From positions 1-30,402 of the forward strand of contig CAVYQE010000004.1 of the NCBI GenBank assembly GCA_963770565.1: 30,402 nucleotides of DNA, in the 5' to 3' direction. Shown here in pieces: positions 19,624 to 30,402 of the stretch. The position numbers and the translations under genes were made by a program. Each line of letters opens with the position of its first letter. Position 1 is the first letter of the stretch. The notes beneath the pieces are model-generated. The model had not been told where the DNA came from, did not search any database, and was given only the letters and a program-made list of their open reading frames with translations. Source of the stretch: an uncultured Actinomycetota bacterium. Its GTDB lineage: Bacteria; Actinomycetota; Actinomycetes; JAFAQI01.

Positions 19624-21887
19624 ATGGCCAGCAGGGGCCGGCACGCGAAGCAACGAGTGCCAAAGGCGCGGGGCAACCACGGCGCGGCTCGGCGGCTGAA
19701 CCTCGGTGTGCTTGCGCTCATCTCCTGCCTCGCTGTGTTCACCGTTGGATCCCCGTTCGCGATGGCAAAGGTGCTGTCGGCCCCACACTCGGCGCACAAG
19801 GTCTCGGCCAGCGTCGCGCATCGGGCCGAGCACCATCGGCGGATTATTCGCATGGTGCACCAGAACAGGATTACCAGGGATATATCGGACAGTTACACCT
19901 CCGCCGCGGCCCCGAACGCGCGGCACGGACACGTGCACCGGCTGTTGGCGACCGACATGCGGCACCACCGCAAGGTCGCGTTCGTCAAGTTCAGGGTGCG
20001 AGGCCTGCCCAGCACCGCGTCCGTCACTCGCGTGACGGTCTCCTTCACCCGAGATCGCCACCGCCTCCCCAGCACCCGGTTGGTGTTGCACAGGGTGAAT
20101 CCACGGTCCTGGAACCAGCGCACGCTCGTCGAGCGGCGCGCCCCTCGGATGGGCCCCCAGCTCGCCGCGGGATATGCGCGGCCGGGGGACAAAAACGTAC
20201 GATTCACTCTTTCCCACGGTATTACCGGTAACGGTTTGTACGGTTTCGCGCTGAGTGCGCAAACCCGCAACCGGGTTGTCCGATTTCAGTCACGCGAGGA
20301 CGCTCACGCACCAGTTCTGACTGTTTCATACGTATACCCGGTGGTTGTCGGAACGGGCGGCGGTCCGTTGCCGACCCCGACCCCGACACCGACCTCGCCG
20401 AGCCCGACACCGACCCACCTCGCCGAGCCCGACACCGCGCGACCGGGTCGCCGACTCCTTGGATCCCCCGCCACCACCCGACCTCGCCGAGCCCGACGCC
20501 GACCCCGACACCGACCCCGACCTCGCCGAGCCCGACCCCGACCCCGACCTCGCCGAGCCCGACACCGTCGCCGACCGGGTCGCCGACTCCTTCGGATTCC
20601 CCGACGCCCACGCCGACCCCCACCTCCACGTCCCCGTCGCCGACTCCCACTCCGTCGACTCCGAGCCCGACGCCAACCCCGACGTCCCCGAGCCCGACGC
20701 CGACGCCGACGCCGACCTCTCCGAGCCCGACGCCAACCCCGACGTCTCCGAGCCCGACGCCGACGCCAACCCCGACGTCTCCGAGCCCGACGCCGACGCC
20801 AACCCCGACGTCTCCGAGCCCGACGCCGACCCCGACCTCTCCGAGCCCGACGCCGACGCCAACCCCGACGTCTCCGAGCCCGACGGCGACCCCCACCCCC
20901 ACCCCCACTCCGACGCCCACGCCTACGCAGAGCGGTAAGACCTGCACGTTGTCCTCGATGCTGGTCCCAAGTTGCGGCGTGCTGTTCGGCGGCATCTTCA
21001 ACAGCTGGGGCGGCGGCGACATCATGAGCGAGTACAACGATGCCGAAGCGGGCACCGGTGCTCATCTCGTGCTGGATCACGACTATCGCCGGCCGGGGCA
21101 GGTCCTTTCGCCGTCCGACATCGAGCTGGCGAAGACGCCGGGAGCGCTTCTTCAACTGAACTGGAAGCCCGCCAATGTCTGGGCAGACGCGAACGGCGGC
21201 AACGCCACCGTCAACGCTCAAATCGATGCGATGGCCAACAGCATCAAGTCGTTGGGCTCGACGAAGATCTTCCTCACGCTGTTCCATGAGCCGGAGAACG
21301 ACGTCAGCGGCGGGGCCAGCGGCTGCTCGAGCTCGATCTACAAGGGCAGCGCCGGCACACCGGCCGACTACCGCGCCATGTGGGCCAACGTCGAGGCGCG
21401 CTTCAACGCGCTCGGTGTGACCAATGTGGTGTGGGTGATGAACTACATGAACTACCCGACCTGGGACTGCATGGTCGACGATCTCTGGCCCGGAAACAGC
21501 CTGGTGGACTGGGTGCTCTTCGAGTCCTACTCCTACGGCAACTCCTCGAGCTTCACCGCCTCGACGTCGCACTTCTACAACCTGCTCACCTCGGAGTCGG
21601 ACTCGACCCACGACTACCTGTCGAAGCCGTGGGGGATCGGCGAATTCGGTACAAATGCGACCGTGGCATCAGTTCATGACACCTACTTCACCGGTATCAA
21701 GGCAGACCTCGACAGCAACGAGTATCCGAACCTCAAGCTGCTCTCGGTGTACGACAGCACCGGCCCGCAAGGTGACTTCGAGGTCGCCTACAACGACTCC
21801 GGGCAGCCCGACCCCGCGAACCTGGCCGCCTTCATCAGCTTGGCCAAGGACCCGTCGGTCACGGATGGCGACGCCGCCGCCTCGTGA
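19624..21887 (+). CDS. Secreted or anchored modular protein: DNRLRE/CBM96-like domain, Pro/Thr linker and GH26-like catalytic domain (frameshift in the linker)
   Basis: N-terminal RGRHAK plus a hydrophobic helix. DSYT...P.......L......KVAFVKF..SWNQRTL..FQSRE...PVLTVSY is a DNRLRE-like pattern. The linker from ~20480 is in frame with ORF 20949..21887, which has LFHEPEN, VVWVM, WPGNSLVDWV and KPWGIGEFG. Confidence 0.78.
20371..20925 (+). repeat. Coding Pro/Thr/Ser tandem repeat (PSPTPTPTS / PSPTPTPTPTS units)
   Basis: 27- or 33-nt units beginning ccgagcccgacg at 20661, 20688, 20721, 20748, 20781, 20814, 20841 and 20874, plus more degenerate units upstream. Confidence 0.95.
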
Positions 21888-22172
21888 TCACGCCCGGACT
21901 TGATCGTCCAATCGGGTGATTCACCTCCGAGTTCTGGAAACCCACCTCGCGCTGTCTGGTCCGTTGTTATCGTCGGTCCACCGCTGACGCAGCCGCGTTG
22001 GTGGCGAGTCGCTGGCCCACGGCGAACGAGGTGACATCGCATGCGCATCCGCCTAACCGGACGTTCGGGGACGGCTGCATCCGCGCATCGATCAACGCCC
22101 GGTCGCAATGGGGGGCTGATCGCGCGTCGGGTGCGGTCGAGGGCGGGTACCGTGGGTTGGAAAGGCAGCGAG

Positions 22173-25100
22173 ATGATCAGAAGTCGCGTCGCATCCTTGT
22201 GTGTGTTCGCGTTGGCGTTCGGCGGAATAGTAGGGCTCGCGGCTCCCGCCCAAGCAGTTCAGGCGGCACAGTCGACTGTCGTCAATGCCGTCCCCGCCAC
22301 CACTACGCCGGACGTCAACAACGGCGCCGTCATGGCGATCGCCCAGGTCGGCGGCCAGATGCTCGCTGGTGGCTCGTTCACTTCGGTGAGCCCGCACGCG
22401 ACTCCGGGCACGGTCTACAGCCTCAACTACGTCTTCGCGTTCAACGCCTCGACCGGTGCCATCGACCACACGGGCTTCCTTCCAGTCGTCAACGGTGAGG
22501 TCGACACGATCATCCCGGGGCCGGCCGCCAACGAGGCGTACATCGCCGGCCAGTTCACCACCGTCAACGGGGTGAAGGAGCGCGTCGCGCTCGTCAATAC
22601 CACCACCGGCGCGATCGTGCCCGGCTGGAAGCCGCCTGCGATGAACGCAATCATCGGCAAGCTGGTGCTGGCCAACGGCCTGCTCTTTGTCGGTGGTGAC
22701 TTCACGGCTCCGACGTCCGGTCTCGTAGCGCTGAACCCGACGACCGGCGCGCTCACCAACTACGTCAATCTTTCCATCACCGGACACCACAACTACGGGA
22801 CTCAGTGCGATCCCAACTCAACGTCATGCGCGATCGCCGGCGTCGGGGTCAAGTCGATGGATATCAACCCAGCCGGCACCCAGATGATCATCATCGGGAA
22901 CTTCACCGGTGTCGGGCCCGCCGGCGGCACCTCGCTGCCGCGCGACCAGGTCGCGATGATCGACCTCGGCTCCACTTCGGCCTCCGTCGACCCGAACTGG
23001 GCGACCGACGCTTACACGGCCGCGTGCTTCAGCTGGGCGTTCGACTCCTATATCCGCGATGTCCAGTACTCGCCGGACGGCTCGTACTTCGTGGTCGTCG
23101 CAACCGGCGGTAGTGGCACGAACAGCGACGGGACGAACTCGTCCTGTGACACCGCAGCTCGCTTCGAAACCACTGGCCAGGGCGCGGACGTGCGTCCGAC
23201 CTGGATCGACTACACCGGGCAGGACTCGCTGTGGAGCGTGGCCATCACGGGAACCGCGATCTACGTCGGTGGCCACCAGCGTTGGCTGAACAACTCGAAG
23301 GGTTTCGACTACGCCGGTGCGGGCGCGGTGCCTCGTCCGGGTCTCGCAGCGATGAACCCGGAGAACGGTCTGCCCATCGCCTGGAACCCAGGCCGGAACC
23401 CTCGCGGCGGCGGTGCCCACTCGGTGCTGGCGACCCCGACCGGCCTCTGGGTCGGAAGTGACACCGACTACATCGGGAACCGGCAGTACCTTCACAAGAA
23501 GATCGCCTTCTTCCCGCTCGCCGGTGGCGCGACGCTGCCGTCAGACGCGACGCCGACCCTGCCGGGCCGGGTCTACACGGCCGGTGCCTACCCGACGCCA
23601 GGTAGCACGAATGTGCTGTACCGCGTCGACACCGGTGGCCCGACGATTCCAGCGATCGACGGTGGCCCCGACTGGCAGGGGGACACTTCCGACCCGTCGC
23701 CGTACCGCAACTCAGGCAGCAACACCTCGAGCTGGTCGCCGATCACCAACGTCGACAGCACGGTGCCGGCCTCCACGCCGTCTGCGATCTTCAACACCGA
23801 GCGCTGGGATCCGGGCAACGATGTCGGCGACAACGGCAACCTGCGATGGACGTTCCCGGTGCCCGCTGGCGACGTGGTCGACGTACGGCTGTACTTCGCC
23901 AATCGCTATGGCGGTACGAGCCAAGTCGGCCAGCGGGTCTTCAACGTCAGCATTGACGGCCAGTCGTTCCTTAACAACTTCGACATCGTTGCGACTGCCG
24001 GCGACCAGACCGGGACCATGAAGGACAAGACGCTGACGAGCGACGGCGAGGTCACGATCGAGTTCTCCCACGTCGTGGAGAACCCGCTGATCGACGGCAT
24101 CGAGATCGTCAAGCAGTCCGGCCCGACCAACTTCACCAACCCGGTTCCGATCTACCGGGTCCACGCGGGTGGCGGCGAGATCGACGCGACCGACGGCCAG
24201 CCTGCGAACTGGCTCGAGGACGACTCCGACACCGTCGGCACCGGCGGCCCGCTGCGTTCCGGTGGCAACGTGGCCAACTGGGGCCAGCCATGGGGCGGCA
24301 CGGTCGGCTCGACGGTTCCGTCGTACGTGCCCGCGGACATCTTCTCGACCGAACGCTGGGCGCCGCAGACCTACAGCTTCCCGGTGGCGTCGGGCACACC
24401 TGTGACCGTCAACCTGTTCATGGCCAACAACTGCGGTTGTACGGCCAGCCCAGGTCAGCGGATCTTCAACGTGGCGATCGACGGCAATCCCGTGCTGTCC
24501 AACTACGACATCGTGAACGACGTCGGAAACCTGGTCGGCGAGATGAAGTCGTTCAACGTCACGGCGCCGGCCAGTGGCATGGTCACGGTGGCGTACACCA
24601 ACGGCCCGGCCGACAACGCCGTCGTCAACGGCCTCGAGGTGGATCAGGACGGGGCGACCCCGATCCTGCCGAGCACCAACGTTGACCGGTTCAGCTACCG
24701 GCACTTCGACGGCACCACTGCGGGCTCCGAGCAGAACCTGTCGACCGGCATCTCGTGGGGCTCGATCCGCGGCGCGTTCACGGTCAACGGCGAGCTCGTC
24801 TACGGCAAGACGGACGGCAACCTCTACGAGCGCACGTTCAACGGTTCGACGTTCGGTTCCGAGGTCTTGCTCGACCCCTGGGCGGACCCATACTGGGAGA
24901 ACATCAGCACGGGCTCCGGTCAGAACTACCTCGGCGCAGAGTCGACCTTCGGGGCCGAGATCCCGTCCGTGACCTCGATGTTCTTCACCAGCGGGCGGAT
25001 CTACTACACGCTGGCCGGTAACCCGACGATGTTCTGGCGCTGGTTCGAGCCGGACGACGGCATCGTCGGATCGGACGAGTTCAGCGTGAACGACGGCAAC

Positions 25101-27101
25101 AACTGGTCCGATACAGCCGGCGCGTTCCTGTCGGGCAGCACGCTCTACTTCGCCGACCGTGGAACCGGCGAGCTGTACTCGATCGGCTGGAACGGCACGC
25201 AGGCGACCGGCTCCTCGAGCGTGGCGGACGCGTCGCAGGACTGGGCGAGTCGCGGGATCTTCATGCTCGCGGATGCGACCAACCCGAACAAGCCACCGGT
25301 TGCGGCTTTCACTCCGTCGTGCTCATCGACGAGCAACGCGTGCACCTTCGACGCGACCGCATCGATCGACCCGGATGGCAACATCACCGACTACGCCTGG
25401 GACTTCGGCGACGGTTCGTCGGAGCACCACACCGATGGCACGCCGTTCTCGCACACCTTCCCGAACCCGGGCAAGTACACGGTGACCCTGACCGTCACGG
25501 ACAACGACGGGGCGACGGACACCCAGACCGAGAACGTCACGGCTGGCGAGACGGCGCCGGTTCCGACCTTCGTCAGTGCAACGACGGCGTGCGGCCCGGG
25601 CACCGGGACGTGCGGCAGCAACTCGACCACGGTGGTCGGCGTGCCATCCGGTACGGCGAGGGGTGACGCGCTGCTGATGTTCGTCACCTGGCCGACCAGC
25701 TCGACGGTCAGCGCATCCGTACCGACCGGCTGGACTCTGCTCGCGAAGGACGCGAACAGCCCGCTCGAGTCGGACGTCTACTACCGGACCGCGACACCGA
25801 GCGACATCGGCTCGACGTGGACGGTGACGTTCAGCGGCAAGACGAAGAACTCCGTGACGCTGGCCGACTACACGGGTGCGGACTCGCACACCATCGAGGC
25901 CTTCGCCAAGGCGACCGACTCCAGCACGGCGTCTCACACGACGCCGACGACCTCCGTGGTCAATGACGGAAGCCTTGCGGTGTCCTTCTGGGCGGACAAG
26001 TCCTCGACCACGACGGCCTGGGCCCCGCCGGGTTCGGTCACAGCGGATGCGACGTCGTTCGACACGGGCAACGCCTATGTGACGTCGCTTCTCGCCCATT
26101 CCGGATCCACGGTCAACAGTGGTCCGTACGGCGGCCTCCTGGCCAAGTCGAGCCCGGGTACGAGCGGCAAGGGCGTGGAGTGGACGATCATCCTCGCGCC
26201 GCTGGGCACGACCAACGCGCCGCCGGTCGCGGCGTTCACGTCCAGCTGCGACACGACCCTCACCTGCTCGCTCGACGGCTCCGGCTCGTATGACCCGGAC
26301 GGAACCGTCAGCACGTGGGCGTGGGACTTCGGGGACGGGAACTCCAGGCCGCAAGTGGGTCGCCGACGACGTCGTACCAGTACGCCGTGCCGGGGACGTA
26401 CAACGTGACGCTGACGGTCACGGACAACAACAACGCGACGACCTCGGTGACGCATGCGGTAACGGTCTCCGGCCCGGTGCAGAACATCGGGTTCGGCGGC
26501 ACGAACGCCGCCGACGGCACCACGTCCGCTCCCACGGTGCTGGTGCCGGGCGCCGCCGCGGCGGGCGACACGTTGTTGATGTTCGTGTCCTACGCATCGA
26601 CGACCATCACGGCGACGACACCGACCGGCTGGATCAAGGCCGCGAGCCAGTCGGCGAGCAACCTCTCGACCATCGTGTACGAGAAGACGGCGACGGCGGG
26701 GGACCTCGGGTCGAGCCCATCGGTGACACTGTCCGGCTCGGTCAAGGCGAGTATCACAATCGCTGACTACTCGAACACGGCGGCCTCGCCGATCGAGACC
26801 AGCGCGTCAGCGACGTCGACCGGTTTCTCGCACGCCGCGCCCGCGGTGTCGGGGCTGGCGAGCGGAAGCTGGGTGGTGTCGTACTGGACCGACAAGTCCT
26901 CGACCACCACTGCGTGGACGCTGCCAGGTGCTGTGACCAAGCGGGGGCTGCCGGTCTACGGCTCCGGCAACGGGGCGATCAGCGCGGCGATCGGTGACTC
27001 GAATGGAGCAGTGAGCGGGGCACCCTGGTCAGACAGCAATGACGAACGTGTCGAGCGGCTCGGCGGTTCAGTGGACCGTCGCGCTCGCACCCTCGTCCTG
27101 A
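22173..27101 (+). CDS. Large secreted protein (~1640 aa): propeller-like N-terminal region, two malectin domains, two PKD domains and two copies of an unnamed domain (frameshifts at ~26345 and ~27020)
   Basis: Signal peptide ending AAPAQA. Repeated GG.FT motifs. Malectin motifs YRV..GG, IF.TERW, GQR.FNV.IDG, DIV...G occur twice. PKD motifs PPVAAFT..DPDG..AWDFGDG occur twice. Corrected end QWTVALAPSS*. Confidence 0.85.
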
Positions 27102-27149
27102 TCGGGACTGAGTAGCCGCCGGCAGGGGGACTGCATCTAGGGAGTGGTG

Positions 27150-30110
27150 ATGCGCGGGAGCCTCGTACCGCGTTCCCGCGCATTCACCGTTCACCTGCCG
27201 TTCATCGCCGGTCTCGCGGTGGTTGCGGCGGTGGGCTCCGCCGCCCTCTCGGCGCTACCCGCGGCGGCGGTGCAAGCGAGCCAGGCGACCCTGGTCAGCC
27301 CGGTGCCGGCACCACAGACGCCGGACGTCAACGACGGCAGAGTAAACGCAATTGCGCAGGTAGGCGACGAGATCATCCTCGGCGGGACCTTCACCTCGGT
27401 GAGTCCCGCCGGGGATCTCAGCACTACCTACCCGCTCGCAAACACCCTGGCGTTCGACGCGACGACCGGGGATCTGGACACGACCGGCTACCTCCCGAGC
27501 GTCAACGGCGAGGTCGACACGGCCATCGCCGGGCCGGCACCCGACGAGGTCTATCTCGGCGGGAAGTTCACGACCGTCGACGGCCGGCCGATGGCGGTCG
27601 CGCTGGTCAGCACGAGGACCGGGCAGCTGGTCCCGACCTGGCATCCGTCGGCCCTCAACGGTTCGGTCAGCCGGCTCGTGCTCGCCGGCGGCCACCTCTT
27701 CGTCGCCGGGACCTTCACCAAGGCCGGGGCTGATCGGCACGGCGGGCTGGTGGCGCTTGACCCGGCGACCGGACATGCAACGTCCTACGTGAACTTCTCG
27801 TTCACCGGGCACCACAACTACGGCTCTCAGTGCGATCCCGACACGAGCAAGTGTGCGACCGGGCGAGTCGGCGTCAAAGCGATCGACGTGAACCCAGCCG
27901 GCACCCACCTGGTGGTCATCGGCGACTTCACCGAGGTCGCCGGCTTCAGCCGCGACCAGATCGCGATGCTCAACCTCGGCACGCCCTCCGCAACCGTCGA
28001 TGCGAGCTGGGCGACCCTCGCTTATACGAGCCCCTGCCTCGCGCACTCGTTCGACAGCTACGTCCGCGACGTGCAGTTCTCACCGGACGGCGGGTACTTC
28101 GTCGTGACCGCGACTGGTGGGATCGGCACCAATCGTGACGGGACGAAGTCGTCGTGCGACGCGGCCGCGCGCTACGAGACGAACGCCAGCGGCGCGAACG
28201 TCCGGCCGACCTGGATCGACTACACCGGCGAGGACTCGCTCTGGACGGTCGCCCTGACCGGCACGGCGATCTACGTCGGTGGGCATGAGCGCTGGCTGAA
28301 CAACTCCCTCGGCCAGAACCAGGCGGGCCCTGGCGCGGTGCCTCGCCCCGGTATCGCGGCGTTGAGCCCGAGCAACGGGCTGCCGCTGAGCTGGAACCCA
28401 GGGCGTGAGCCGCGCGGTGCCGGGTGCTTCGCGCTGCTCGCCACACCTGCGGGACTCTGGATCGGCAGCGACACCGACTACATCGGTAATCGGACCTATC
28501 TTCGCGAACGCGTAGCCTTCTTCCCGCTCGCCGGCGGGGTGGCCGTGCCGGACGCGTCGACTGCGCCACTGCCCGGCCAGGTCTATCCGCCCGGAACTGC
28601 CTCGACGTACACCACAGATCCGGATCGGTTGATCTACCGGGAGTTCAACGGTGTCACCCTCGGGGCCGAGGAGCCGGTGTCGAGCGGCCTGCCATTGGGC
28701 TCCGTCGACGGCGCGTTCACCGTTGACGGCGAAGTGATCTACGGCAAGCCGGACGGGAGTCTGTACGAGCGCAGGTTCGACGGCAGTACCTTCGGTGACG
28801 AGGTCCAGGTCGATCCATACGACGATCCGCTCTGGGACGATGTGCAGACCGGGTCCGGTGAGGCCACCAAGGACAGCCATCCACGTTCGCGGCTGAGATC
28901 CCGTCTGTCACGTCCATGTTCTTCAGGGACGGTCGTCTCTTCTACACACTCGCCGGCAAGAGCGCCATGGATTGGCGCTGGTTCGAGCCCGAGTCGGGCA
29001 TCGTCGGCGCCGACGCATTCACCGTCTCAGGCACCAACAACTGGTCCGATGTTGCCGGTGCGTTCCTCGCCAGCGGAAAGTTGTACTACGCGAGCCGCGC
29101 GAATGGGGGGCTGGGCGGTTCCTTGGTCGGGCCTGAAGCCCGCAGGCGTCCCGACGTTGGTCGATGCGGCGACGGACTGGGCAAGCCGGGGGCTGCTCCT
29201 GCTGGCACAGTCGGATGCGCCGGTGGCGACGCCGACCGCGGAGTTCACCGCCACCTGCAATGGGATCGCGACGTGCTCGTTCGACGCGATGCCGTATCTG
29301 ACCCCGACGGCGGAGTGGTCCGCTACGGGTGGGACTTCGGCGACGGCACGCGCAAGCGCTTTCACCCTTCTCCTCGACCACCCATACCTACACCACCGAT
29401 GGCACTCACAAGGCGACGTTGACCGTCGAGGTCACGGCCGGGGCGAGCGCGACCACGAGCCAGACGATCGAGATCGCGCGGCCGATCGAGAAGGTCGCCT
29501 TCGTCGGCGCCTCGAAGGTCACGTCGACCGGCACCAAGGCGCGGATCAAGGTGCCCGTGACCATTAAGCCGGGCGAGGCCTTGCTGATGTTCGACTCGTT
29601 CGCATCGAACAAGAAAGTGATCCGCCCGAGCGGCTGGACGATGATCCGTGAGACGAAGCACACGCGCTCACCACGGTCGTCTACGAGCGGGTGGCCACCG
29701 CATCCGATGCCGGCCGCGTGGTGACCGTCCGCTACGCGCAGCGGGTCCACTCGAGCCTGGTCCTGGCCGGCTACCGCAACACTGCGGTGCATCCGATCGA
29801 GATGTCCGCAGTGTCGACCGGGTTGGCGTCGAGGCGCCATCGTCCACCGAGCTTCACCGACTCAAGAACGGCACCTCGGTGGTCGGCCTGTGGTCGACCG
29901 TCGGGTCGGACCAGCCTCATGGGTCACGCCGAAGGGCCTCAAGCGCCGCGTCGGCATCCACAGCGCCCGACGTCCGGCGGTCGGTCCTGCTCGCCGACAC
30001 CGGCAAGCCCTGCGCCGGGACCTGCGTGCTCGGGTCGGCGTGGTCGAAACGAAGGAGCAGGGCGGCGGCGCAGTGGCGATCGTGCGCCCACGCTGGGTGA
30101 CGCCGCCTGA
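27150..30110 (+). CDS. Secreted PKD-domain paralog of the upstream protein, lacking the malectin domains (several frameshifts after ~28860)
   Basis: Near-identical blocks TPDVN.G, TGHHNYG.QCDP, FDSY.RDVQ.SPDG, VRPTWIDYTG.DSLW, GSDTDYIGNR, DWASRG, and a PKD motif YGWDFGDG. The end is uncertain (30100 or 30110). Confidence 0.8.
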
Positions 30111-30207
30111 CGAACGGCACCGGTCGGGTGTGTCCGCCCCGCCGAGTAGCGTGGATCGGCCCCGGCGAACGCCGATCGGGCCTTCGAGTAGTGCGCGCTC
30201 GGAACTA

Positions 30208-30402
30208 ATGACCAGCACGACGACTCTTCGGCGTCCTCCGGACCTTGAGGACGACCCCGCGATCGCACCGCCATCGAGGTCGTCGATACCTCGCTGCTCG
30301 ACATCACGCGCCCCCGGCATGCAGCCGTTCGTGATTGCCGCGCTGGCCGGCACCGGACGTCCAGTGCTGGCGGTCGCTGCGACCGAGCGGCAAGCGGAGA
30401 AC
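30208..30402 (+). CDS. mfd: 5' end (partial) of transcription-repair coupling factor
   Basis: ..DDPAI..APGMQPFVIAALAGTGRPVLAVAATERQAE matches the actinobacterial Mfd N-terminus pattern (vLaVtATgReAedL), and mfd commonly lies near pth/glmU. Confidence 0.7.
   Translation, partial: MTSTTTLRRPPDLEDDPAIAPPSRSSIPRCSTSRAPGMQPFVIAALAGTGRPVLAVAATERQAEN

Noticed and set aside
20371-20925. Repeat array as a CRISPR
   Set aside because: No unique spacers, unit lengths are multiples of 3, it encodes a Pro/Thr linker, and no cas genes are present.
20222-21611. Long minus-strand GV-repeat and Arg-rich ORFs
   Set aside because: They are antisense or alternative-frame shadows of the Pro/Thr repeat.
21886-21925. 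Hairpin (GGAC-TTGATC-GTCC with imperfect flanks) as a terminator
   Set aside because: The stem is short and interrupted with no U tract, so it cannot be supported without folding or transcript data.

Overview
High-GC actinobacterial chromosomal segment, apparently from an error-prone long-read consensus with many 1-bp indels. The backbone is a conserved housekeeping run: 3' end of a probable ABC-F ATPase, acyl-CoA desaturase, tRNA-Gln(UUG), glmU, prs, rplY (L25), pth, ybjQ, and the 5' end of mfd at the right edge. Between ybjQ and mfd lies a ~21.5 kb Wzx/Wzy-type polysaccharide locus. It encodes a GT2 and a WecB/TagA/CpsF glycosyltransferase, a flippase, a Wzy-like polymerase, a Wzz/Wzc-like co-polymerase with a degenerate kinase domain, two sulfotransferases, an APH-like kinase, two GH26-like hydrolases and two large paralogous secreted PKD proteins, one carrying tandem malectin domains. 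A third sulfotransferase, a SAM methyltransferase and a third GH26-like gene are inserted singly among the housekeeping genes. The best candidate for an undescribed system is an actinobacterial pathway that makes, remodels and binds a sulfated (possibly also phosphorylated or methylated) surface or exopolysaccharide. All family calls come from motif recognition only; no searches were run.
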